Origin: Candidatus Bathyarchaeota archaeon
GTDB taxonomy: Archaea > Thermoproteota > Bathyarchaeia > Bathyarchaeales > Bathycorpusculaceae
Direction of reading: 5' to 3'
NCBI GenBank assembly: GCA_963717465.1
Contig: OY970340.1
Coordinates: 832,001-896,000 of the forward strand
DNA length: 64,000 bases
How positions within the stretch are numbered: the first letter of the stretch is position 1; each line of letters starts with the position of its first letter. Shown one piece after another: positions 39,500 to 50,209 of this stretch. The notes beneath the pieces are model-generated. The model saw nothing but the letters and a program-made list of their open reading frames with translations. It searched no databases and was not told where the DNA came from. The translations under genes were made by a program, and so were the position numbers.

Positions 39500-40778
39500 A
39501 GTGACTGAAGACGCAAAAAAGGGAATAGATGAAACTTTTGCTCGCTACCGGGATGAACTTTGGAACGCAATGGAAGATGAAACTATTCACTTAGCTTTGT
39601 CAAGGGCTGTTGAATCCTTCAGGCGTAACAGAGATGAAGCCCTGAAGCTTTACCCGAAAGTTAAGGAAAAAGCAGCGCAATTGAGGGATATCAAAGAATA
39701 CTCATTATTGCATGTGGATGAGCTTGTAAAACAGACTAAAGACAGGATTGAAGACCTAAAAGGGCAATGTTTCATCGCTGAAAAGCCAGAGGATGCTCTG
39801 AAATACATTTCTGAAATAACAAAGGAAAAAGACATCATAGTCAAATCTAAGAGCTTCACCAGCGAAGAACTTGACTTGAACGATTTCCTTGAAAAGCGTG
39901 GCTGCGAAGTCTATGAGACAGATTTAGGAGAATTCATAATTCAACATCTCAAGAGTCGTCCAATGCACATTCTATCTCCATCAATACATGTTCCAAAGGA
40001 AAAAGTCGCCGAATTATTCTCGTCAATCATGGGAAAACCTATCAGTCCAGACATAGGCGTCCTCGTGAAGGAGGCAAGACTTTTTCTGCGCGATATCTTT
40101 TTCAAAGCAAACATTGGAATAAGCGGAGCCAACGCTATAGCCGCTGAAACAGGAACAATATTTCTAATAGAGAACGAGGGCAACGCCAGACTTACAACAG
40201 GGCTCCCAAGGAAGCACATAGCAATCGCTGGTTTAGAAAAAATCGTGCCGACCTTGCAAGATGGAATGCTTGTAGTTGAGGTTGCTTCACGATACGCCAA
40301 TTATAAAGCTCCTTCTTACGTCAGTCTTATAAGCTCTCCCAGCAAGACAGGTGACATTGAAAAACAAACAACTTACGGCGCTCATGGGCCCGAAGAACTC
40401 CACGTAATCCTATTGAACAATAACCGAACTGAAATGATTAAGAACGATACCTATAGACAGGCACTCTACTGCCTGCGATGTGGCGCTTGCTTCTACGAAT
40501 GCTCAGTATATCCTTTAACTGCAGGCTATTTCGGTCATCGTTACATGGGAGGAATAGGAGCAATTCTAACCGCATTTCTATTGGGAGGATTAAAGAACGC
40601 CGCGCCAATTGCTTATACATGCACACTTTGTGGACGATGCAAAGAAGTTTGTCCAATGAAAATAGATGTCCCAGGCATGATTCTAAAACTACGCCAAACA
40701 CTAGCAAAAGAAGATTACGTGCCCCAGCAGATAAAGCAAACAGAGAAAACAATAATTAAAGAAAGAAGCCTAAAATAA
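39492..40778 (+). CDS. LutB-like lactate utilisation protein (LUD + 4Fe-4S)
   Basis: KSKS, ETDLGE, NEGN, CLRCGAC...C, CTLCGRCKEVCP. Confidence 0.9.
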   Translation: MIRVTEDAKKGIDETFARYRDELWNAMEDETIHLALSRAVESFRRNRDEALKLYPKVKEKAAQLRDIKEYSLLHVDELVKQTKDRIEDLKGQCFIAEKPEDALKYISEITKEKDIIVKSKSFTSEELDLNDFLEKRGCEVYETDLGEFIIQHLKSRPMHILSPSIHVPKEKVAELFSSIMGKPISPDIGVLVKEARLFLRDIFFKANIGISGANAIAAETGTIFLIENEGNARLTTGLPRKHIAIAGLEKIVPTLQDGMLVVEVASRYANYKAPSYVSLISSPSKTGDIEKQTTYGAHGPEELHVILLNNNRTEMIKNDTYRQALYCLRCGACFYECSVYPLTAGYFGHRYMGGIGAILTAFLLGGLKNAAPIAYTCTLCGRCKEVCPMKIDVPGMILKLRQTLAKEDYVPQQIKQTEKTIIKERSLK

Positions 40779-40979
40779 ATCCCTCTATTTTTCATGCTTT
40801 GGAATCTAAAATAAGAACGTCCAGGTTTCTTTAGCCTTGGCAAGTAACTAATGAATTCGATTTATAATTACTCTAAAGACTCTTTCATTTTATCCTAAAT
40901 GCATATTTTGGGCTTTAAAAAAACAAAGACGTGGAAAGCAAAAAAGCAAAAAAGGATTTTTTATTCGGCGAATACTAGC

Positions 40980-41531
40980 TTAGTATCTTTGTCTGTAACC
41001 GCCGCCAGAGCCTCTTCGGTCTCTGTCTCTTCCGCCACCGTAGCCTCCGCCGCCACCGCCTCGTCTGTCACCATAACCGCCGCCACCGCCGTATCCTCTG
41101 CCTCTGCCTCCTCCACCTCGGTAGGGTCGTCTTTCTTGTTCATATGCTTTGCTTGAAACGTTGTTTTCTTTGTTTACTTCAACTGCTAGTGGTTCTTTTG
41201 CGGGTTCGAGTTTGCCGTATTTTCCGATGTTTAAGCGTATATTTCCTTTGAATAATGTTACGTAACCGTTTTCTATGCGAACTGTGTCGTCATTGTTAAT
41301 TTTTTCTATTTTATCGTCCCAAAGTGTTAGGTATACCACGCCTGTTTCGTCACCGATTAGTGCGTCGCATACTTTGTGCGGGGATCCATCTCTTCCCATT
41401 GGGATTTCTCTTGTTTCTGTTTTGGATACTACTTTGGCCGTAACATTAACCGCTCGTGATTGGGGGGTTAATTCTCCGACTTTAGCTTCTACAGGTTGCC
41501 TTTTGTTTTCGAAAAAACCTTCAACAGCCAA
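40980..41531 (-). CDS. ssb: Single-OB-fold ssDNA-binding protein with a Gly/Arg/Tyr tail
   Basis: IGDETG...TLW, IENGYV..FKG...LNIGKYG. Confidence 0.88.
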   Translation of the reverse strand: MAVEGFFENKRQPVEAKVGELTPQSRAVNVTAKVVSKTETREIPMGRDGSPHKVCDALIGDETGVVYLTLWDDKIEKINNDDTVRIENGYVTLFKGNIRLNIGKYGKLEPAKEPLAVEVNKENNVSSKAYEQERRPYRGGGGRGRGYGGGGGYGDRRGGGGGGYGGGRDRDRRGSGGGYRQRY

Positions 41532-41883
41532 TTTGGGTTCATCTTCCTGTTTTTTTGAATCTTAGGAGACATTTAGATTTCCTGCGCACTTAAGTGTTTT
41601 GGTGAATTATTTTAGTAATAAAACGAAGATTGTACATGAAAGAAGCAGACGGAAATGATGTTCAAATTAAAAAAATTATTTTCCTGCTGAATTTTTTATC
41701 AATAAATGTTATGACAGTATAGTGAAGGCAATTCAAAACTGTAGGTTAATACATCGTTCAATTCCCAAAATTCTTAGATGCTTCAGGACTAGAACTTGGT
41801 AAAGTTGAATCGAAGAAAAACTTAAAACCAAAGCAAAGAATTAATTACTTACAAGTCAATTTCTGACAATCTAGGTGATTTAA

Positions 41884-42144
41884 GTGAAACCCACAGTAAA
41901 GAAGCCCACTCAAAAAGAAAGCAAAGAAGCAAGTTCCTGGCCAATTTGGGAAAAAGAAGAATCGACTTTTCCATGGGACTACACTGAACAAGAAACATGC
42001 CTAATCCTAAAAGGAAAAGCCGCCGTAAAAACACCTGACGGAACCATAGAATTCGGCGAAGGCGACTACGTTATATTTCCAACCGGCTTAAAATGCACTT
42101 GGACCATAAAGCAGAAGATCAAAAAACACTACAAATTCGGCTAA
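41884..42144 (+). CDS. Cupin (DUF861/EutQ-like) protein
   Basis: [14 protein letters not shown]...ETC.IL.G...GD.V.FP.GL.CTW. Confidence 0.85.
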   Translation: MKPTVKKPTQKESKEASSWPIWEKEESTFPWDYTEQETCLILKGKAAVKTPDGTIEFGEGDYVIFPTGLKCTWTIKQKIKKHYKFG

Positions 42145-42329
42145 ACCCCCTTTTTGCCCTCCTAAGCTACCAGTTTTCTTTATTTCTCCATTTTGCTGAA
42201 AGCACAACTATCAAGAATATGTGCGTTTTCTATGAAGAAAAGAAAGGTATACAAGTAGTGCTTTCTGTTCGTTTTGTTTATATATGGGTGTTTAAACTAT
42301 GCTTGTGCAAAAGAAGGAATATCTTTAGT

Positions 42330-42770
42330 ATGGGTTCCAAGTCTCCAAGAGGCGAATTCGCCGCAAGGCAATTAAAAAAGAAGCGGAAAGACTTTCGCTG
42401 GTCAAACCGTTACTTTAACAGGCGCATGCTTATGCTAGACGAGAAGGTTGATCCGATGCAGGGTGCGCCTCAATCACGTGGTATCGTTCTAGAAAAAGTA
42501 GGTGTCGAATCAAAACAACCCAACAGCGCTATCCGTAAATGCGTAAGAACGCAACTCATTAAAAATGGTCGTCTTATCACCGCGTTTTTACCCGGAGACG
42601 GGGCGTTAAATGTAGTTGACGAGCACGACGAAGTTGTTGTTGAAGGCATAGGCGGAACAAGAGGAGGCGCCATGGGAGACATTCCAGGAGTACGCTGGAA
42701 AGTAGTCATGATTAACGGCGTTTCACTAAATGAGCTTGTCTACGGGCGAAAGCAAAAGCCAGCAAGGTAA
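42330..42770 (+). CDS. rps12: 30S ribosomal protein S12 (uS12)
   Basis: True start MGSKSPRG at 42330; [22 protein letters not shown]. Confidence 0.97.
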   Translation: MGSKSPRGEFAARQLKKKRKDFRWSNRYFNRRMLMLDEKVDPMQGAPQSRGIVLEKVGVESKQPNSAIRKCVRTQLIKNGRLITAFLPGDGALNVVDEHDEVVVEGIGGTRGGAMGDIPGVRWKVVMINGVSLNELVYGRKQKPAR

Positions 42771-42775
42771 TTTTT

Positions 42776-43366
42776 ATGAGTACACAATCAGTCGCTCAAC
42801 CACAAGAAATTAAGCTTTTTCAAAAATGGAGCTTCAAGGATATTAAAGTCGAAGACATAGGCTTGCAACGCTACCTGAACTTAACCCCAATGGTTGCGCC
42901 CCACAGCATGGGCAGACATGAACATCAAAGGTTCCGCAAAGCAAAAGTCAACATAGTAGAACGCTTAATCAACGGTCTAATGCGTTCAGGCAAAAACAGC
43001 GGCAAAAAAGCCAAAGCCACAAACATAGTCAAGGAAACGTTTGAAATCATCAACGTACGCACAGGAAAAAACCCAATCGAGATACTTGTAAAAGCCGTAG
43101 AGAACGCTGCACCATGCGAAGACACAACAAGAATCAGTTACGGTGGAGTCGTCTACCACTTATCTGTTGACGTTGCACCGCAACGCAGGATCGACCTTGC
43201 CCTACGCCATATCACTGAAGGCGCCAGAGCCGCAAGCATAAACAACCCGCGCAGCATCCAAGAAACACTTGCAGACGAACTTGTGTTAGCAGCAAACAAG
43301 GATATCAAAAGTGCAGGCGTCGCTAAACGCAACGAAATCGAACGCGTCGCGCAATCAAGCAGATAA
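42776..43366 (+). CDS. rps7: 30S ribosomal protein S7 (uS7)
   Basis: IVERLIN, NPIEILVKAVENAAP.E, VDVAPQRRID, ERVAQSSR. Confidence 0.97.
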   Translation: MSTQSVAQPQEIKLFQKWSFKDIKVEDIGLQRYLNLTPMVAPHSMGRHEHQRFRKAKVNIVERLINGLMRSGKNSGKKAKATNIVKETFEIINVRTGKNPIEILVKAVENAAPCEDTTRISYGGVVYHLSVDVAPQRRIDLALRHITEGARAASINNPRSIQETLADELVLAANKDIKSAGVAKRNEIERVAQSSR

Positions 43367-43398
43367 TCAAAAACGATATTTTTTTCCTATTTTTTAAT

Positions 43399-44583
43399 TT
43401 AGATTTTAGTGTGTATTTCTACTATATCCCCGTCTTCTAAAACAAAATTCAACCCAACCTTCTTGGGACTAAACGGCAAACGCTTAGCCCAAACCATGGC
43501 AAACATGAAGTTTGAGACAAGCTCCTTATGAATGTTTTTCGCCAATTCGTTAACGGTGGTGCCTCGCTTAAGAGCGAAAGGGTGGTCGCTATGCACCTTG
43601 TTGCCGGGTTCCTTTGTATAAACTCGAATTACGCCTAAAGACTCGAAGAGTGCTTTGCCCAGCGCCTCAAATCCAACCTTTTTCTCGCATGACATGGGCA
43701 CGATAGGCAAATTACCGTTTACATATTTCTCTAAAACTTTCAAGTTATTTGCTGACCCCTTCAAATCTGTCTTGTTCGCGGCAATTACTGCCGGCTTGTA
43801 CGTGGTGGTTTCAAAAATGGCGTCCTCTACATCGTCTAAACTTACTTCGCCGGTGATTTTCACGATTGCATCGTTTATTTTATAGGTGCGTATAAGCTCT
43901 TCGACATCCCGCATGTTGCAATCAAGCAATTTGCCGATAAGAATAATCCTTAAGCCAACTCCAGCATGGCGTCGATCAATCTCTACTTTTCCACTAGGCT
44001 TATTTACTAAAACGCGGCTCTTTTCCAATTCGCCCAAAACCAGCTTCAACTGCTCCACTGGATTATTGGACAAATCAACCATTAAAATTAAGCCATCAGC
44101 ATTGCGTGCCAATCCAAGTGTTACGTGACCTGTTCCGCGTCCATCTGCGCTGCCTTCCATTACTGCTGGTGCTTCGACAATTTGGAATTGCACATCTAAA
44201 TAGCTCATTATGCCCGGTACTGGTTCATGTGTACTGTAAGGCGTAGGTGTAACGAGCACTTTTGAGTTTGTTGTGGCATTCATTAAGCAGCTTTTGCCCA
44301 CGTTTGTTGTGCCGATCAAGGCTATCTGTGCGGAAGCTTCCTTCTCGATGAAAAGTTTCGGTCCGCCACTGCTTTTGCCTGTTCCCATGCGTTTCTTGTG
44401 GTCAAGGTCTTTTTGGATGACTGCCATTCTCTTCTTGATGGTGCCTCGAAGCTTCATAGTGCCTTTATGCTGAGGGACAGTGCTTAGGAATTCCTGCATT
44501 TTCTGCAGTTTCTCTTTTGGGGTATGTGCAGCTTCTACTTCAGCCCATTTATCCAAAGCTTCAGGAGGCAAATTATTTGGCAT
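43399..44583 (-). CDS. DRG/OBG-family GTPase with TGS domain
   Basis: MPNNLPPEA, GTTNVGKS, NKTD; C-terminal TGS (LEDGDIVEIH). Confidence 0.9.
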   Translation of the reverse strand: MPNNLPPEALDKWAEVEAAHTPKEKLQKMQEFLSTVPQHKGTMKLRGTIKKRMAVIQKDLDHKKRMGTGKSSGGPKLFIEKEASAQIALIGTTNVGKSCLMNATTNSKVLVTPTPYSTHEPVPGIMSYLDVQFQIVEAPAVMEGSADGRGTGHVTLGLARNADGLILMVDLSNNPVEQLKLVLGELEKSRVLVNKPSGKVEIDRRHAGVGLRIILIGKLLDCNMRDVEELIRTYKINDAIVKITGEVSLDDVEDAIFETTTYKPAVIAANKTDLKGSANNLKVLEKYVNGNLPIVPMSCEKKVGFEALGKALFESLGVIRVYTKEPGNKVHSDHPFALKRGTTVNELAKNIHKELVSNFMFAMVWAKRLPFSPKKVGLNFVLEDGDIVEIHTKI

Positions 44584-45571
44584 ACAGTCTTCAGCAATTA
44601 TATTTCATAGACGACTTTAATACCATTTCTAATACGCGGACAAGAAATGCTCGGCAAATCACTGTTGAGCACGTTCTTGGTAAACTTGCCGGTAAAGCTG
44701 GAATGCAGTTGGCAGCTCGCAAGACCTAGGGGTAGTTATGCTTGGTTCTCTTTCAGCTTTGGCTTTTCTGACTTTGGAGGAGCCGCGAAAACAGGCCTGA
44801 AGACTTGTTGGTAAATGTCCAGAAATGTCCTGAAAATCTGGGAAAACCCGCGAATAACAGGGTAAATCTCGGAAAACCCTGATTTGCTCTTGACGATAAT
44901 AAGAAAACCAACTGCAGTTTTGCTTCCATAGTTTAACTTTTAATTAAACTTGTTTTAATTGTTCGTCCAACTTTTAATTCAACTTTTTTCTTGGTTAGTC
45001 CTTTTGTTTAACTATAGGTTTAACTCATCCGAAATAAATGAAATTAATCTGAATAAGCAGATTGAGCGTTTAATGCCCACGTTTGCCGTCATAATGTTCA
45101 AGTTCAAGTGGCTAATCAGTAAATTTTGAACCATCTCAAGCGGACACGGAAGATTCGCCGAGTAAATTTTCACCAAGAGGGATGGACTGAAATCTTGCAT
45201 GCCTTTTCACAAAAAGTCGCAAAGCAAGAGAATTTAACACGCTTCGCGCCGCGCTCCGCAAGTATTCATTATCGTAAAATTAAGCATTTGTCATTTTATT
45301 TTTATCTAAAAATTTTTTAATTAATTCTTCGTCACTTTTAATTTGACTATCATCAAATTTTCTAAGACGATGGAGCAAAATACTAAAACAGTCCTTCTTT
45401 TCACCAGTTTCTATATTCTTTTATGATTTTTCGTTCCAAAGGACTTAGAATATAATTTCGCATAACAACTCCATTAATCATATTCGCTTATAACTTTTTC
45501 AAATTCTAAGCAATCTAACCAAAAGATTTAAAAAATGACTTAAAAAAGTAATTTAGAAAAAGAGTTAATCT

Positions 45572-46738
45572 TTATTTTTTCTTTAAAGCTTGTTGAATCT
45601 CATCTCTCAAAGGTATTACGGCTTCCGCAAGAAATGCAAATACTAAAAGTATAGTTGTGCTTATCCACGTGTTGGTATCAATATGAATATATGGTGTAAA
45701 AAATGCAAATTGTACTATCAAAATTAAAATAAATGTAACAACCATAACTGCCTTATAGAAGTATGGAATTTGAGAAACAAGTTTTTCGGTTCTCTTAAAG
45801 GGAGTACGCGTAGGTTTAATCGCCAAATCATAGGCTATCATCGAAATAGGGTCACACAATTCGTCCTTTGACTCTTTGATAATAGCTGGAGAATCAACGT
45901 GTCTTAATCTACCTTCTATTTCAAAAACAGTCTTATCTCTGATAGCTCCCGAAGCATCTGTCTGTTGATAAGAGTAAATTCCAGAGGTATAAGCGACCGT
46001 CGCAAGAATCGACTGATTTTTATCATTTGCATCTGAACCTATGACCATTAAAACACTATCAACAAAACCAATGGGCATTTTGTAAACAAGATAACCGTCG
46101 CTTTCTTCTTTTCTTCTATAATCTTCCACTTTACCTATTACATCATCAACAATTTTGAAATTCGCATTGATAAAATACGTTTTTCTTGACACGCCAATCA
46201 AATTAGGACCTACCACTAATCTGACTATAAAGAGCTGAACGAATCCAGCAAAAATAAAAACAAAGCATAAGATGAATGCTACGAAAACCCATTGAGAAAA
46301 CATGGTATTTATCATTGAAGTAGTTGGAATATAGTAACCTATGTAAAGAGTATTGTACATATGTAGAAACTCGATTGCAGCAAACGTCATCCAAGCAAAA
46401 ATTTGGATATTTAAAGGAGAAACAATCCTTTTTGGCGAGAAAAACAGAGAAGCAGCTATACAATATAAAATGGGCAAAACAGCAAAACCTGATAAATACC
46501 AAACCCCGTAATCAGTAAGTACAAATGTGGCATTGCTCGCTGTCTGATTTATAGATACAAGTACTCCAGCGTAGAAAAGTACAACTTCAATTGGAACTAG
46601 AATAATTGTGGCTACGATTAGAGTCAATGTTGTTTGGGAATTTTTAATTCTTTCCAAGAGGTTCTCTTTCCCTTTCGTTGTTAAGCCTTTTTCGTATTTA
46701 GATTTTGCCAACAATTGGACATTATAGAAGACCGACAT
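45572..46738 (-). CDS. Multi-pass membrane protein, AT-rich, unknown function
   Basis: 388 aa; TM clusters at both ends; flanked by a 16-bp direct repeat. Confidence 0.7.
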   Translation of the reverse strand: MSVFYNVQLLAKSKYEKGLTTKGKENLLERIKNSQTTLTLIVATIILVPIEVVLFYAGVLVSINQTASNATFVLTDYGVWYLSGFAVLPILYCIAASLFFSPKRIVSPLNIQIFAWMTFAAIEFLHMYNTLYIGYYIPTTSMINTMFSQWVFVAFILCFVFIFAGFVQLFIVRLVVGPNLIGVSRKTYFINANFKIVDDVIGKVEDYRRKEESDGYLVYKMPIGFVDSVLMVIGSDANDKNQSILATVAYTSGIYSYQQTDASGAIRDKTVFEIEGRLRHVDSPAIIKESKDELCDPISMIAYDLAIKPTRTPFKRTEKLVSQIPYFYKAVMVVTFILILIVQFAFFTPYIHIDTNTWISTTILLVFAFLAEAVIPLRDEIQQALKKK

Positions 46739-46770
46739 GCCATCAATTTTTTAAAAAGAGTTAATCTTAA

Positions 46771-46885
46771 GCGCACTGGCTTGTCCCTAAAATCGGAAGA
46801 CTCCCTGAAACGCAAAACAAAAGAGTAAGTGAGGTGGAAATCGTTTCTTCAAAAATGCTGGCCACGTTGGGTTTTCATGGCGCGC
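46771..46885 (+). mobile_element. Orphan IS end
   Basis: GCGC + ACTGGCTTGTCCCTAAA, a 16/17 inverted match to the IS end at 49661-49677. Confidence 0.7.
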
Positions 46886-46888
46886 ACG

Positions 46889-47833
46889 CTATTTCTCATC
46901 GTGTTGACTTATACACCAACTAGGCAGGGCGCGCGTTTCGGCAACGACGCGAGCTGTGAACTTCGGGTTGCGCACGAGCTCTGAGCCAGTCATAGGACGG
47001 CCGCGCTCGTCGTAGTAGATGCCGGTCTGGCCTGATTCATTGGTCAAGATTTTGGTGATTACGCTTGCGGTTCGCTTCGAGGTGCTCATGTGTGGGATCA
47101 AAGGAGCGAGCGGCGCAAGGAGGTATTTAGCAAAGAAACGTAAGAAGATGTTGGCCTCACGCTCAAGACCGGTGCCCGGATTGAGGCCTGGTTCAAGTGC
47201 GCTGAAGCGTAATCGGGGAATCTCGTGGGCGAACTCTAATACCGTGGCAAGGCTGCACTGTTTTGAAGTGGCATAGGCGTCGAAGCCGGGATTCTTGGAG
47301 CCGCCAGGCTTCCACTCGCCACGTGCGCTGGCCTCCGCAGAGATATAGCGGCCGCCACGGAAGCCGAAGCGCTTGGCTAGTGAACGTGCGGGGTCTTCTA
47401 CGGCGGAGACTAAAAAGACGATGTTCACGTCGTCGGCCAGGTGCGGAATGAGTTCTTCGGTAAGTAGGAATGGCCCTATGTGGTTGGTCGCGAACGTCAT
47501 GTCCCAGCCAAATGAATTCTTCGTGGGTCGTTGCTGCCTGATACCGGCGTTGTTGACCAGACCGACGATTGGCAGATGCAGCGAGATGATCTCCGCTACT
47601 GCGTGCCGCACGCTCGCAGGCTCCGACAGATCGCAGATGACCGACACCGCGCGCTGTCCCATTTTCTCGATTGTCTTCTGCAAGTCCGCAAGCTTTTGGC
47701 GATCGCGGCCAACCAAGATAACTGTGCCGAGCTTAGCAAGCTCGAGTGCCGTGGAGCGACCTATGCCTGAGGTCGGGCCTGTGACGATGAACGCTTTCTG
47801 TGTTGCAGGGTTACTCGATTTAACATTCGGCAT
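46889..47833 (-). CDS. Short-chain dehydrogenase/reductase
   Basis: TGPTSGIG, NNAG, YATSK; visibly GC-richer than its neighbours. Confidence 0.92.
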   Translation of the reverse strand: MPNVKSSNPATQKAFIVTGPTSGIGRSTALELAKLGTVILVGRDRQKLADLQKTIEKMGQRAVSVICDLSEPASVRHAVAEIISLHLPIVGLVNNAGIRQQRPTKNSFGWDMTFATNHIGPFLLTEELIPHLADDVNIVFLVSAVEDPARSLAKRFGFRGGRYISAEASARGEWKPGGSKNPGFDAYATSKQCSLATVLEFAHEIPRLRFSALEPGLNPGTGLEREANIFLRFFAKYLLAPLAPLIPHMSTSKRTASVITKILTNESGQTGIYYDERGRPMTGSELVRNPKFTARVVAETRALPSWCISQHDEK

Positions 47834-47847
47834 TTTTCCACCTGTAG

Positions 47848-47905
47848 TTGATTGTCTAGTCAGTCATTATCAATATGCGATATAAATGTTTGTCTAGTCA
47901 ATCAT
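47848..47905. promoter_or_regulatory. Two TetR operator candidates upstream of the SDR gene
   Basis: TTGATTGTCTAGTCAGTCAT (47848) and ATGTTTGTCTAGTCAATCAT (47886); third copy ATGAGTGTTTAATCAGTCAT at 48505-48524. Confidence 0.7.
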
Positions 47906-47921
47906 TATTTAGTTCGAAAAA

Positions 47922-48500
47922 TCAAGCAAGTGCGCGCCAGAGGGTGTCGAAACCGATCTTGCAGTATTTGGTAGCGTTGGTTGGGTCCTGAGCCATGAAA
48001 TCCATCGTTGCTTCCGCTACTGAGTTCATTATTGCAACGACAAAATCCATCGAAGCATCACAAATAGGACCGTTTGAGCGACCTTGTTCCAGCAGTTTAG
48101 CGATGTCTGCCATGGTTTTGCGCGCCGCAGCACGACTTGCAGGGGTTATCTCATCTGAAACGCCGAGCAGCGCGAGTGCCCGTCGCTTACCAGGGTTGTT
48201 AACCGCCCAGTCCATCCAATTTGACCATACATGAAACAACTGATCATGAATCGTGGTCCCTGCTGGAAGTCCATCCATGGAAGCGGACGCCATCGCGGAT
48301 TTCAGTTCAAGGTAGAGTTGGTTAAAAAGGTTAGCTTTAGTCTCGAAGTAGGTGAATAGTGAACCGTTAGAGATGCCTGCCTCTTGAGCTATTGTGGCCG
48401 TCGGTGCACTTAGCCCGTGAGTAACGATAACTTGGGTCGCTGCCGCCATGATAGCGTTCCGTTTTTCTTCGCTTTTCGGTCTAGCCATGTTTCTCATCAC
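47922..48500 (-). CDS. TetR/AcrR family regulator
   Basis: MARPKS..KRNAIMAAA...TATIAQEAGISNGSLFTYFETK. Confidence 0.92.
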   Translation of the reverse strand: MMRNMARPKSEEKRNAIMAAATQVIVTHGLSAPTATIAQEAGISNGSLFTYFETKANLFNQLYLELKSAMASASMDGLPAGTTIHDQLFHVWSNWMDWAVNNPGKRRALALLGVSDEITPASRAAARKTMADIAKLLEQGRSNGPICDASMDFVVAIMNSVAEATMDFMAQDPTNATKYCKIGFDTLWRALA

Positions 48501-48576
48501 ATAAATGAGTGTTTAATCAGTCATGTATATAAATTCTGTGACTTTTATCATGAAAAATAGTGAATTTGATCAGCGC

Positions 48577-49677
48577 GCCGCTTTGTCCATAAATTATGTG
48601 TTGAAGTAGGTTGGTGATACTGCTTTTTCATATCTGCCAATCCTCTGAGCTGCCTCTCTGTTTAGAACAAGGCAAAGAATGCTGCACAATGCATAGAATG
48701 TTACTTGCGCTAAACCCCTGACTTTGTTGTTAGCCATAGCTAAACTGTGTCTTAAGAAAACTGTTAACTGCCTCGATAGGGGTCTTTTGTGATATTCCAT
48801 CTTTTGTTCTTCAGATCCATAAGTCCTAAACTTCCTATCAACTCGCAAAAGACCCTCAACACCCTTCATGTGATTCGCAGGATAAGGAATAGTTGCCGTC
48901 TCCACAGCGCCTCTAAGCTTAGAATCGCTATATTGACTATCCGCAACTGCACTTCTAACCTTGGCTTTGCACCGTTGCAGAATTCTCTTGGCTTTGTCAA
49001 GTATAGTCAAGGAATGTTTCTTCTCATTTTGGTTTGCAGAAACAAAGACGCTTGAAAGAGGAAGCATAGTTTTGTGGTCAATCGACAGATGTAGCTTATA
49101 GCCTAATGCAAAGGATCGTCCGGATCTGCCAACTCGGGCGTCAGCATCCGAATAGCCAGTTTGATTATCTGTTGGATGACGAATACTCCAAGCTTTGATG
49201 AAAGAAGCATCCAAAACAACATAAACCTCACCGCTTTGTTGTTCTTTCAGGAGTTTGACCACTTTGCTGTCTATTATTTTGTTGAGGCTTTCTTCGCCGA
49301 CGCGTTTGGAGAATCTGCTTAGAACGCTTCGTGTGTAGCCTTTTTGTTTGTCATTGATTAGACAGAGCTTTCTGATTCTTTGGTCTGTGTTTAGGATGCG
49401 GGTCATTTCTCTTAGGCTGCATACTGCTTTCATGCGCATGATTAAGAAAGTTCGAAAGAGGCCGAGTGGGTTTCTGGGCGGTCTTCCGGGACCAGAAATG
49501 TGGAAACATCTGGTTAGGATTTTGTGGGCAAAGCTTAAGTCAACGTTTTTGAAGAGGGTTTCAAGGGTTTCGTGTTCATCCTGTCTCGCAGGGATTCACC
49601 TTCCTTGTGTTGATTGGTTCTCAAGATACGAGACCCCGTTTCTAGTAATAAGCGTTTCAATTTAGGGACAAGCCAGC
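48577..49677 (-). mobile_element. Insertion sequence (IS1182/IS5-like, DDE) flanked by GCGC
   Basis: Imperfect 17-bp terminal IRs GCCGCTTTGTCCATAAA / TTTAGGGACAAGCCAGC; GCGC at 48573-76 and 49678-81. Confidence 0.8.
48594..49595 (-). pseudogene. DDE transposase, probably damaged
   Basis: Frame open to 49595 with no canonical start upstream of 49439; GRPP, VLDAS, GYKLH, ADSQY; the catalytic-E segment IEAVNSFLKTQFS lies in another frame. Confidence 0.75.
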
Positions 49678-49788
49678 GCGCTAAAATTATTGAATATAGG
49701 ATTACCATAGAGCGCGCATGATAACGGATACAAAATATTTACCTCGAATTAATAAATCTCATATAATAAGTTCGCACAATTTGAAATT

Positions 49789-50079
49789 ATGTCGAGAAAA
49801 AACCAGAGCCTACTAATAAGCAATAGTGTTCTTAGCATTAAGCCCGTTAGACGCCGCACGCGCGCCAAAAACACTTTTGGTACACCTTTGCTAAAAAGAA
49901 AGCCTATTGTGAGAGTAGGGAAAACAAGTAATTTCGTTGTTGATTACGATAGCACTGAAAGACTCATTCTGGTGTATGGAAAAGAAGCTCCAATCTCACA
50001 TGGTTTCAAACTTGGATTAGATAAAAACGAAGCTACGGCTCTAATTAATTTATTGAAGCGCGCGTTATCGAGCAAATAA
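49789..50079 (+). CDS. Hypothetical basic protein
   Basis: 96-aa ORF, no motif recognised. Confidence 0.4.
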   Translation: MSRKNQSLLISNSVLSIKPVRRRTRAKNTFGTPLLKRKPIVRVGKTSNFVVDYDSTERLILVYGKEAPISHGFKLGLDKNEATALINLLKRALSSK

Positions 50080-50209
50080 ACGATTAGATTTATGAGTTAT
50101 CAACAGCGAGCGAAGTATTTTCTTAAATTCGTCAAAAGAATCGATTTCCATAAACAAAATTCAAAATTCATAATGTTTTTCTTTCTAATTCCTAAAAGAA
50201 TAGGCACAA

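Noticed and set aside
42093..42329. N-terminal extension of S12 in the ORF track
   Set aside because: Spurious upstream TTG start; homology begins at ATG 42330
44810..44885. Repeated AAATCT(G/C)GGAAAACCC and AAATGTCC as ORB elements of a replication origin
   Set aside because: Poor match to the ORB consensus and no cdc6/orc1 gene in the window
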